Positions 10,642 through 22,800 of a DNA stretch of 64,000 nucleotides are shown here, in pieces (the stretch's first letter is position 1; every line of letters starts with the position of its first letter). The position numbers were made by a program, and so were the translations under genes. The notes under the pieces were generated by a model, which was not told where the DNA came from, searched no databases, and worked only from the letters and a program-made list of their open reading frames with translations. Origin of the DNA: Phallusia mammillata (Eukaryota); contig OZ281498.1 in NCBI GenBank assembly GCA_965637545.1, positions 21,638,001 to 21,702,000 of the forward strand. The letters are read 5' to 3'.

Positions 10642-12440
10642 ATGGATAATTTAATCGATTTTCAGGCTTTGGTTAACTCTGCTGCAGCTGCAAAGGAGAA
10701 AGCCCATTGCCCTTACAGCAATTTTCGAGTAGGTGCTGCCGTTCTGACCGAGGATAAGAAGATTTTTGGTGGTTGCAATGTTGAGAACGCAAGCTATGGT
10801 GTTGGGATTTGCGCTGAGCGAACAGCTATTGTAAAAGCTGTATCAGAAGGTCACAAAAAAATTATTGCTTGCGCTGTAAGCACGTAAGTTTTATTTATAA
10901 GCAAAATTACCTTTAGCTTGTAACCACGTATGCTAGGAAATTCAATAATGTGATGGGGCTCATGGGGTCAAAACGATAGTTTGGTAAAAAAAAATCTGTT
11001 AGATCAGTGGTTCTCAACTGGTGGTCCATGGACCACTAGTGGTCCATGATGCCTTTTTGGTGGTCCACAGGACGTCCACTAAATTTAGTATTAAACTAGA
11101 GGTGATTACATATTTCACGTTAAAAGAGTATCAAAATGCAAGCTGTTAATAAATATCTCACTTCTTGAAAATCGGTTTTAAAGAAGTATGTTTCAAGCCC
11201 AAATGGTTGTTTTGTATGCGTACTTCAATCTTGCTTAAAAACGAAATGGTCCATGACATTATTTTTACTAGGCTGGTGGACCATGGCCCGAAACGAGTTG
11301 AGAACCATTGTGTTAGATAAACTATCCCACTATCTTGAATTGTGAACTGGAAAGTGGTGCACCGAATCGGTTATATTAGAGTTTTGACAAAACCGTACAC
11401 GATATTTTTTTAATTATCTTTTTTATCGGGCTGCAAGTTAGTTATTCGACCCTATCGATTTGCTCGAAGAAATTCGACAAGTCAAAGATTCGGAATATGA
11501 AATTTTATTTTTGCCATGACGTATTAAGTCGAATAGTCAGAGGCGCGCTGAAATGAAAAATGGACTAAATGTAAGCTTATGATAAATCTATGTTGTGTAA
11601 TACAGGGATATGGATGAAATCATAGCTCCATGCGGAATGTGCAGGCAAGCCTTAAGAGAGGTAAGTTAAAATTGAATTTAAAATTGAAAAGTTAAAACAA
11701 GAAGTTCATTTTAAAAGAACGGTCAAATGTCCAGGTAAACGACATGAAGAGTTGTTGCTATTAATTGCTGATGTATGGTAGAGCATATCGAATAGTTAAT
11801 CAAGTACCTTTCTAGGGATTCCAAGGGAGTCAAATGCCCCGTGCTTTTGTCGATGTTTGGGCCTAGATAATTATAATATCGCACTGGTTATAGGCGAGTT
11901 GATTATTTAGGTCTCAATGTTTATTAAATAAACTATAATTTACTTGCGTTCAGTACAACAAAATTGAAATTAGGCTACAGCAAGGTATGCAACCTGCGAC
12001 CAATCAAATAAAGGTTGTGCGGAGACGTACGAATTTTAAATCAATCGTGCTAGCGACCGTTGCCATGTCCTATTTTATTTCTGATCAGATCAATGCACCC
12101 AGTGCTACTACCTGGAACCTAACACTACGGCCAGGATCACTGAAGAATTTACTGGTGGTCGTAACCTCTATAACTGATAAATATTAGGCACGCAACAAAT
12201 ACAAGTCAATTTTTGTTATAAAGTTAGATGCGGCCCTCGGCCTGATTTTGTTCTTTGTAACTTATTTTGCCAACACGTTTTAAAGATTGTAGGCCTACAC
12301 CCCTGTACTACAGTATCTTGTGTTTCTAGTTCGGTCCAGGCATGACGATTGCATGTGCTAACAAAGATGGAAAATATCAAACCTTTACAATGGATGAGTT
12401 ACTTCCCAAATCATTTGGACCCGAACATCTGGGAAAATAA
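10642..12440 (+). CDS. CDA: Cytidine deaminase paralogue 2, 135 aa
   Basis: Exons 10642-10883, 11606-11660, 12330-12440 with gtaagt donors. Motifs GCNVENASYGVGICAERTA, PCGMCRQ, LLPKSFGPE. Confidence 0.94.
11005..11310. mobile_element. hAT MITE, 306 bp, in CDA2 intron 1
   Basis: TIRs cagtggttctcaact / agttgagaaccattg; perfect TSD TGTTAGAT; subterminal GTGGTCCATG repeats. Confidence 0.92.
11981..12305. mobile_element. Degenerate hAT MITE (9293 family) in CDA2 intron 2
   Basis: Begins caaggtatgcaacctgcg and ends cacccctg; TSD ggctacag/tactacag (6/8). Confidence 0.65.
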
Positions 12441-13735
12441 ACCAAAACTTTTGCACCCCACCGTAAAATTGGTCGAATTCTGTCGTGCTGGCTGCATGCT
12501 TTAATACTGTGCTTTCTGTACGTAAACTTACACATTCGCCATACCTAAAGATATTGGGCAACTTTTGTTTAATTTTTGGAGTCTTTCGTGTGTTTAATGT
12601 AGAACTTTTGTTTGGTTTAGACATGTGTTAATATATTGAGTAAAAACTGAACTGGGTATTAAACAAATTGTACAGTTTAATAAATAATACAGAAAAAAGA
12701 TTCTAATTTTTTAACGTTGCAATTTGTCTGTTCTACAATTTGTACGACACTTTAATGATCGTTTTTCTTAAAAATAAAATGTACTGCAATCTACGTACAA
12801 ATATAAGAACAACAAAATACACTCTTTACTGACAAATTCATTCGATCAACGAACTGATACCTTTTCTGAAAAGGAAACACAAGTAAAATGCTGTAAAGAG
12901 GATGTTTTTTCATATCCAGTGCACAAATATCAAGTCGCATGTTATAAAAAGGATGTATGGTAGCTTATGCTGACACAGTGGCAAGTATTAATTAATCGTT
13001 GTATCAATGTCAGTACGTTTTAGTTTGCTTGGGTTGAATACTATACAAAATACATTGCAGCAAGTAAACGAATCAGAGAAGTACTGAAGGCCATTAGTTC
13101 GGACATATTTAGCCGATGAAAAAAGCAATACGTCTTTGCATGTAACGAATATGTTCAAGTTTAAACGGGAGTATCGTCGCTTTGAAACGGTTCAAAACCA
13201 ACTATCTAAGAGAAAAGGGGCATAGTGCAGTTTTTAAGGTGTGTGCAACAACTATAGTTTAAAGCAGGTTCTGTTGGAATGTGGCGGATTGTTTTAGGCG
13301 CATATTGTTATGGATACAAGTTGATTTAAATCAGAGTTAAAGGGGTTCAAAGGGACAAGTGCACATTTCGTTTGCACCCTTTAAAGTATTTGATCAGTAG
13401 CCTAGGTAGGCTAATGATTAAGGGGAGGGTAGGCGATAAACATATGTTGGTAAACAAGTTCTGATTTCGTTGCAGTATTTTGACTGAGTAAAGTGCGAAC
13501 TTCAAGTCCTATGTAGGATACGTGGGTGAATGTCGCTTTTCTTCGTCAAATTTTGCTTGTTGAAATAGTTACTTTACAAGTTGCATTCAGTAGACCTACA
13601 GTGTTATGCGAGGCCTTGTTAGTTGGCAACGCCTAAACCACAGTTTTATGAACGCAAATTAGGCCCGAAAGTTATGCTATTCTTTCTTTAGAAATATTTT
13701 CATCTTGCTTGCTAAAACTGCTCAATATAACCGAC

Positions 13736-15646
13736 ATGGTTGAATTAATCGATTTTAGGGCTTTGGTGGACATTGCTGCAGTTGCAAAGGAGAAGGCTTA
13801 TTGCCGCTACAGCAATTTTCGAGTAGGCGCAGCCGTTCTGACCGAGGACAAGAAGATTTTTAGTGGCTGTAATGTTGAAAACGCAAGTCATGGGATTGGA
13901 AGCTGCGCTGAACGAACAGCTATTGTCAAAGCTGTATCGGAAGGACATAGGAAACTAATTGCATGTGCCGTAAGCGGGTAAGTACGGTGAGGTCCATATA
14001 GTAGGTTATTAAGTAAGATAAAATATTGGCTAAGTTTTTAATTTTAAATTAACTAAAGCTTTAAGGATAACGTAGCTTCCATGCGGTCGTGGTGTATAAT
14101 CAGGTTTCATCTGCAATCAATCTTCAAGTCATTCAAATTTTTGTTGTTAAAGAGGTTCGTACGATGAAAGTAGCTAATTAGGCTACACAAATTTTGTACG
14201 CAAACACCGTATTTACTACATTGTAAGTCGCCCTCGATTGTAAGCCGCATCTTGAGGTGTTAACAAAATAATGTAAGCCGCGCGCTGGAATTTGTGATAG
14301 TATTGTTTCAGAATACATCTTTCTGTTGTTATATGGTATAACTATTTGCTCATATTTGTTAGTTATGTTGATAACTGTACCCAACAGAACGTATATTAAC
14401 GTATAATCTGTGCTTACATACAAGTTTTGAACCCTAAATAATTTAAAATGTTTGAGTGTAGAAATAATTTCAGGATAAAATTAAAATGTAAGCCGCACAA
14501 TTGGCAGCTAAAAACAATATCAGCCGCGGCTTCAAGTAAATACGGTATGTACAAAAATAATGAACCATCCCTCTTTTGAGTTGATTTGAACTTGAAAATT
14601 AGGCTATATTGTTTTCATCACAAAATTTTTACAACACACAAAATCGAGTCGTAGCCAAGTTGCCAATATGCTTTTTTATAAAAAAAAAGTGGGCCTACAC
14701 ATCAGCCTAAATTAAGCCCCGTTTACACTAGACGTAGCGTAACGCAGCGAAGTTGGCCGAGCCTGTGTCCGGTTTTAAACCACTCCCATTTGTTTCTATG
14801 GTAACGAACAGTTCGTCCAATTTCACGTCGCTTCGCCCAGTGTAAACAGGCCTCAATGAGTTTTCACATTTTTTATTGAAGGGATATGGACGAAATCCTC
14901 ACCCCGTGCGGAATGTGCAGACAAGCTTTAAAAGAGGTAAGTAACAAAACAAGATTTTTGGATGGTTGAGAAATGTATGCTATGCTACAGTATAAACACA
15001 TTTTCGGAAAAAGTCAAATTTCTCACATATGAAACCGTCCGTTTTTAAGAAGGAAACATTAGCTGAAAATACTTGGGATTTAAGTTTATTCAACACGAAA
15101 CATAAGGGTGGGAAACTTTAGATACGTTGTGTAGTGATAGCTACAGCAGAGTTGCAATCGAGCCTGAAAACCGGCTCGAACCCGAATCGTTTTTGAGAAG
15201 CGCGCTTTAGCCCAAAAGTTTCATTGACACATTGAAGTCTCAGGAAAGACCAAGACAACAAACTCAATAGACCATTAATCTTCAGCAAGGCGTTTTTGGG
15301 TTGTTTATTTAGGTCAGGTTCAGCAACTTAGCTGGATAAGTTTAATCAAAAAATACTGACACAGAGTATAACGACATGCCTGGACCAATAAGCCCCCTTT
15401 TTTAACAAACTCAAGCCCGAACATGACTAGACTACGGGGTGCATGTTTAAAAAAACAAGAAACGAGTATATTTTGTTTAAAGCTGTTAGGAAATGTTGCA
15501 AATGATTCTGGTCTTACATTATCTTGTGTTAACAGTTCGGTCCAGACATGACGATTGCATGCGCTGACAAGGATGGGAATTTTCAAACATTCTCAATGCA
15601 TGAATTACTTCCCAAATCATTTGGACCCGAACAACTGGGATTCTAA
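13736..15646 (+). CDS. CDA: Cytidine deaminase paralogue 3, 135 aa
   Basis: Exons 13736-13977, 14882-14936, 15536-15646. Motifs GCNVENASHGIGSCAERTA, PCGMCRQ, LLPKSFGPE; 109/135 aa identical to paralogue 2 by hand count. Confidence 0.94.
14207..14545. mobile_element. Tc2/pogo-like MITE in CDA3 intron 1
   Basis: TIRs ccgtatttact / agtaaatacgg; flanks CA / TA (TA TSD, left copy mutated); internal TGTAAGCCGC repeats. Confidence 0.75.
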
Positions 15647-16055
15647 ATTACCACATCTGCAGTTTACTTTAAATTAATCGAATTCTGCCTTAGTAATTTA
15701 ATAGTGCTTCATGTGCGTAAATACATCATGCGTTACGTTTACCCAAAATTTATCCTGCATTTTGCAATTATTAAAAATGGGTGAAATTGTTTATTTGGTT
15801 AAAAGATGTGTAGTTTTTATGCTAAATTTGAATTATACACATATGATAATATGTACACGGTAATAAATGAAAAGTTATGTGTTGTATATTTGGTCTGGGT
15901 TTAGTTTATTTCTTCAGTCATACAACACATGTTTATAGTAGGTAGATACAGTTTGGACTTTGGATAAATGTTTTTATTCAGAAAACGCTTCCAAATTAGG
16001 TTTAAAAACTGTTAAGAACTACCTTACAACAAAAAAAGGCCACCACACTGTAAAC

Positions 16056-17067
16056 TAGGGATGACCCGATAGTACTGTATCGGCGCCGATACCCGATGCT
16101 TCGAGCAGTATCGGTACTCGTCCGATACTTTAGCGGTATCCGTACAAGTACCGATACTTTTTTGAGACCTTATCATGTGTAAAATTGAAAATGAAAGGAG
16201 GCAAAAAACAACAACCATCGGCTGTGATAAAATATTTATGGGACTACAACTAAAAACGCGTTCGTTTTGGATTTAATGAAATATGATGACCTAAATCGCT
16301 ACAGCGACTTAATGCCGTAACACGTTTTTTAGGCCCGCGTTAATTGCGAGCGAGCGTCACAACGCACAAAGTTCATTGTAGACGTTTGTAAGCATAAGTT
16401 TCGAAACGGCAGGTGTTTAATTTGTATGGCCAAGTGTATTTAGACATTCCTAGTGTTATCAGTGACAAATTATTTTCTATGCCGTTAGGTGAACTTTTAA
16501 ATCCCAATTAAACTACCTGCGATTTTGCAATACAAAAGTTGGCGTTAAGAAATGACCCAAACGTCATATGTTTTTGGATTCCTTCACTGTTTTGGGGATA
16601 TTAACAGACAATCCCATTCTCTGCCTAAAGCCATGATCGTTAAATGTTTTTTGTTGTCAAAGTCGTAAAACATTAACGCCGGTAAGACGTTACGAACAAT
16701 AGACGCCGGTAAGACGTTGCAAAGCGCGTAGCATAAACGTAATCACGTGATCAGATGCGTAACAACAAGTGCACCAATCGTTAGTTATGCCTCCAATGCA
16801 CCACCGTCGTTAGGGCATCGTTAGCTCGCCAGCTGATTTGCCAAAGAGTCTTTACCAGACCTGGGCATTTTATGGCCTTAAGTGATTTATTAGACTGAGT
16901 GTGTTGTTAAATTAACTGTGATGGGAAAACACATTACAAATACATCAGTTTGAAAATGTTTTTGCTTGTTTGCAAAGTATCGGGTATCGGTATCGGATCG
17001 CAGTACTTTTGGGGTAAAATATCGGGTATCGGTATCGGTTCAAAATATTGGTATCGGGCCAACCCTA
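16056..17067. mobile_element. Non-autonomous hAT element, 1012 bp, with TAGGG ends
   Basis: TIRs tagggatgacccgata / tatcgggccaacccta (14/16); perfect TSD CTGTAAAC; clustered subterminal CCGATAC/GTATCGG repeats at both ends; no transposase ORF. Confidence 0.92.
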
Positions 17068-17414
17068 CTGTAAACTGAACCAATCATTATCAAATCATTT
17101 TATTAGTCAAGAACAAAAAGGTGATAACTATTGTGTAATAGCTAAGTAGACAGAAGATTGAAAAACTGGTTTTAAGTTAAGCACATAAACATTGTAAAAA
17201 CGTTTTTTTGCAAAATAGTTGCAAAAGTTTGTATGTTTGTTGATTTGTAGTTACACAAACAAACTTACCATGTTAAATTGAGAGCATCAAGTTTCACAAA
17301 ATATCAACATTGAGTTTCAAAGTTACAAAGATTCCCTGAATGTAATTCAATTCCTGGGCAGTTTATTGTTGCCAACTTGTACTCAATCTGACAACCATTT
17401 GCTAGGCTTAGAAG

Positions 17415-17922
17415 TTATGCATCGTCCTTGTGATATTCAACTGTTTTCTTTTTCTTGTGGATGGAAACATTATTCCAGGCTAACAAGATATGGTGATAAA
17501 ACAAAAGTCAAATAAAACCAACCAACTAGCTTCAAATACAAACACAAGTATATATATATTTAATGCTAGACTTACCTTTTTGACAACTTACATTAGCTGG
17601 ATACTGATTAATAAACTAGAAAGAGCCAGTCCAAAACACATGCAAAATTTATTGTAACATATGTATTTGGACTAAATAGGAGATGTATACCATACATACT
17701 AACCTTGACAATCAAATACTTCTTAGCAAACGGCTGCTGTAAAAAGATCTCTTCTTTTCTCCACAAGAAAACAAACCTATGGAAGTATTCCAGGATAATA
17801 AAATGGGTGCAATTCCTGTGCACTATAAACAAAAGTGTAAGAACATCTGGATCTACAAGAAAAACACTAATTAGTGCTAAAAAAAACCTGCTAGCTTTGT
17901 GCCGACTGCCGAAGGCAAACAT
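17415..17922 (-). CDS. Candidate uncharacterised small spliced gene (83 aa, or 107 aa if the first 72-nt intron is retained)
   Basis: Exons 17922-17888, 17815-17704, 17615-17576, 17479-17415. Donors gttttt, gttagt, gtaagt; acceptors gtgcacag, ctctttctag, tcttgttag. All junctions keep one stop-free frame. No recognisable domain. Confidence 0.4.
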
Positions 17923-19891
17923 GATGCCAAATTGATTTGTGTGTGAAGTGATGCGTAACACAAGCTCAAGTTATTTTTGCGGGGGTAAGCCTAGCCTCTT
18001 GTTTTAGGTCAGTTTTTCAACTATAAATTAAAATAAGTAAACCCACACCTTTTGTTCATAAACTTTTTGTCGAATGACGGTCAGGCGAAAATTTTGTGAA
18101 ATAGTGCATCAAAAGGTACAATACTGGGTTTGAGATTATACTGCAGCAGCAAAACTGCGCACTTTAATGCACTTAGCCAGAAGCGGCTATCATCTTAAAA
18201 CAGGCCAGCTTTGACATTACGTTGTGTTTTTAACTGTTAAGACGTGAATAGTAAAGGTTGACGTACTTTTTACACAATCACTTTCAATCCAATAACCACT
18301 GAAGTTTTTACCTGTTTGATTGCACAACGATCTTCAAGTTTTTTCACATGTTAGACATAAAACCGATGTAAGAAAATAAACGCCAATATACAGTTGTTTA
18401 TGTATATACGTGGCAGGGTGCAATTTATAACAATTGGAGAGAACATCTTGTTAATTTAGCCTACATCAAAAAAGACCACCGCATTGTAAACTGAAGCCGT
18501 CATTGCTATTAGTCAAGAAGAAAAAGGTAATAACTATTGTGTACTAGCTAAGTAGACACGATGTTCTTGGGGCCAGCATTTGGATCAGTGCAACGTGATC
18601 AATTTTCCAGTTCCTTTGCACTTAATACACGACAAAATAATACACAACAAAATTTTATTTCGTCCAACTCGTTGATAAACCACACCAGTGTTTCCAAATA
18701 TATTTCATTTAGATTTGCAAACATTGGTTAAGAAATTGCATTCCGCAAATAATGTGGTCACCGATTAAAATATTTTTAGAAACACTGCCATTTGAAGTCG
18801 CTATTGCGTTTTCACATGCGGAATGTGATCCATAATATCATGTTGTAAAGAAGGAGAGAATAAAGAAATGTGCAACTAAAAAGCAGCGTGTGATCATTTG
18901 GTCGCCTGCGAGCGAAAAAAACAAACAAATATTTTTAGGAACATTTACAATAAAGTGCGATATGGAAAAGTTGTGTAAAAGAAACAATTCTTTAGTTCAG
19001 TTTACGAGAAAAATTGCAAAATAGCTTAAATTAGTATCAGGTATAACCCAATTTAAAGTTTAAGTTTACAAAAATTGCCTATAACTAGTTCACACCCAAT
19101 ATTGTTTTTTTCTTGCTGGCCGTGTTTTTGGCCTATTAAAAATTAAATAGAGTCAAAATGTTGACTTTTTTGTGCATTATAGTATAAGACATACAGTCAG
19201 TACCGACAAGGTATCTGAAAATTAAAATATCGAATCAACGCCGTACAACGTGCTAATCGCTGATCATGCACAAGACGTTGAAAAGAACAAGATTCTCGCA
19301 GCTACAACGTATAACGGACGGACTGACAACACGCAATACTGCAAGCAGGAAAAAAGAAGGACGAACGCTCACTGGAGGATATAAAAATAACGTTCAAGAT
19401 TTCTAGTTGTGCGCTTTGGTACCGAGCTCGGCGAAATCACCTAAGCGTCACAATATTGCACCAATTAAGTTTTCGACCGCTATCTCACATCGAGAGGTCA
19501 AGAAACTGACTCCGGAAGGAAATCAACTCGGGGAATTCCCGTTGTCGATACACTTTGGGCGCCGCCAAAACTGAGCGACTTCCGGCAAGATTCGAAACGG
19601 ACGTTGGTAAAACACTGACTTTTTTCTCTTATAAACTCTTATAAATCCCGTTTGTGCGCCGAAAATGAGCGTCAAAAGAAACAAAATGATGAAACCAACG
19701 AGTACAACAAGTTTTGGGGATGAAAAACAAAAAAATAGTTTGTGTAATACTGAACAGATGGCAGTGGCAGTCAGCTAGCAGACGAACGGCACCATCGCCG
19801 TTGTTGCTGGAGACACATCCTTGCCGAATATTCAACACTTAACAGGCGTCCTTTGCATGTGATACCATTGACTAAAGACCTCCAAGGGGCT

Positions 19892-22800
19892 TCACGTGGT
19901 CTCCTGCTCCGGCGCGCCTCCAGTGGACGACGATTGCTTTTTAATCGACCGCTTGGAGTCGCTCGACTCGGGTTTTTGATCGTCGATCGAAGAATCGTCG
20001 GCGCTGTCGCTCGAGATAGATTGTCTGTCGGATTTTGGAACGCGTGACATTTCCATCTGCGGCTGGGAGTCGGCCGGTGTTCGGGGCGATGTCGCCGACC
20101 TCACCGACGCGGGCGTTTCTGTCGGTTCACGGAAGCTTCCCTGCCGCCGACAGCAACAGATAAACGTGGACCGACGAAGTGAGGTTTCTGACTTAGATTT
20201 GTTTTCGAGTTTTGGACTTCGACCTTTTGGTAGTAAATAAATAAATAAATAAATAAATAAATAGTTGAAAAATGGTTAAAATCCATAAAACACCAAGTAT
20301 GAAGTGCAAACACGTTATATATCTATTCCTGAATTTAAACCTGAAGGTAAAAAAGGTTTCAAAATTCTGTGTAAAACTGTATGCTTAATACCAAAGAAGG
20401 TAATCATATCTAATATATGTATGGTTCGTGATTATTCTAACACCTAAAATCCAAAATTCACATCACCGTACAAGTCAATTTTACAATTTTACATACAACA
20501 ATGCAAGGCACCTTATAATTTTTTTCTTCGGCCGCTCTATAATAATGGTTTGCACCATATCTAAAGCTCTAACACAGTGGTTCCCAACCTTTTTGTAGTC
20601 ACGGACCCCTTTTATAAATTTTATCGGTCCGCGGACCCCCAACGTAATTTAGTCTTTTTTCGTTTCCTGCATTATACGTTATTATACTTTTTTGTGGGGG
20701 GCAGAATTTTAATCAACCTTCACAATCCTTTAATCTCAATAAAGCTCTGTACTGTAGTAGTCAATCCACTAAAGGAGATATATTTTCTGGTGTACAATAC
20801 TTAAAACAAAGCGCAAAGAATTCTATTGTTAATGTGTGTTGTGATGTCACAATGGAGGTAACAATCACAAGTTTTCCTGATCCAAGGGTTTGATAAACAG
20901 TTTGCACTTATATATAGGATTGTAAAAACGGTTTGGGAACTTAAAAATATTGTACTGTTGTTAATGCTACTGCAAATATTTGTCTCCACGGACCCCTGAA
21001 ACCATCTCACGGACCCCTTGGGGGTCCGCGAACCCCAGGTTGGGAACCACTGCTCTAACAGTATCTTAATGTCGATGCATGCTAAAGGAATACTTGTGAC
21101 TCAAAATCATTTAAAACAAGTATATTTTACGTATAAAGGGATCACAAATTTCTAAGAACTCTTATTCACATAGAATAGTTCGCACTTTATATTGCATTTT
21201 TTCGTTGTCACCAAGCCCAGCAGCCAAAGGTAGTGGGATGGATGCATGTAAAGCTCACCATTAATTATTTAAACGAGTTTGGGGCAACGAAGAAGGTCGG
21301 TGCGCCGAGACGCTGTCGCGAGCTTGCACGAAATTCACTTTATGAAATTTTTATGAAATGCGCCGCGCTTCTTTGTACGTCGGTTGCATGCGAACATTTT
21401 TGCATTTTACCGATTTAATACTCTATAGCGCCACACTGCGACGAATGTCAAGCAATATTAAATGTAAAAACGTCAAGAAACGTATGTGCGAAGTTAGATG
21501 CCTCTAAGGGTCAAGTTTGACGGGTTTGGGGTAAAAAAAACGCAAATTTTTTGGGGGGTTGGGGATATGCTGGATTTGTGTAAAAAACACAAGAGGTAAT
21601 TTCGAAACCTTTCGAAAAAATTTTCGGTTTAGTGAGAGCCGCAAATAAGTGGTTGGGAGCCGCGTTTGAGAATCACTGCTGTAGCCTATTATTATTTCAT
21701 AAAGTATTCCGGTTAATTGCATAAAAAGCTTGCAAGATGCGTATGCGATTAACCGGAATCGTCTCAAAACTTCGGATAAAACGTTAACTTACCCATAATT
21801 TCTTCGGTAAGTTCGGCAAGAATAGGCGAAGACAGAAAACGCGGGTAAGAGTCCCGGTGCATTAGAGTGTAAATCTGATGCTGAGCTTGCGTAAACACTG
21901 TGGCGTCCATCCTGTATTTCAGTTGGTCGACAATGTCCTCACGCATCTTGTAATCAATGTTGACCTGACAAAGAAAAATATTTCCCGTTTTTTTTTCGTA
22001 CTAGAAACGAATTTTAAAAAGTTGGAGGTTGGGTACAAGCATCTTTTTTTAGAGGACAAGTCTTCCTTTTTAACAACAGTCCATTTTTGATATTTTGATT
22101 TACTAAATACGAATGGGACAGCTATGCCTTTGGAAACATCTAAAATACATCTTCTACTTTATCTTTTAAGATATATGTGTGGATTTTACATTGTGACATA
22201 TTAAGGCGTCTGTAATTAACAAAATTCGATTTTGGCCAGAACCTTTGCTCCCGATTTACAGTAATGCGCCTGTTGGGAAAACGTCAATTAGGAACTTATC
22301 ACAAACAAGTTTTGCAATCACACGACAAATTCTGATCAGTAGATCGATTTAGATTTGCAAGTAATAACAGTTTATCGATTTAAGTTCAGTAATTTTACAT
22401 AAACTTTACAGTCCAGGAGGTACTGCTATGTTAGATTAAAGTTTCAGTGCTTAACGCTAAAAATTATTTTTGCGAAACACTGTTATGAAACGGGTTTCTT
22501 CAAAACAAGTGCACTAATGTCGTGTTTTTTGACTGGTGCCGAAACCAATTTTACAAACTGATACCGAAACCAATTTTGCACTAATGTCGTGTTTTTTGAC
22601 TGGTACCAAAACCAATTTTACAAAACCAACCAAATCTTTTGTTTGGAAGATCAAAAGTTATAAAAAACATTTGTGAAACACATTTGAGTCCAAATTTTCT
22701 GGAAACTCCAAATGGCCTTCAAAGAGTTTTGAAACCTAATATTTCTTTAAATAAAAGCAAACATTATATTTTGGCGTCGCAGCATTTACTGAAATCGGAT

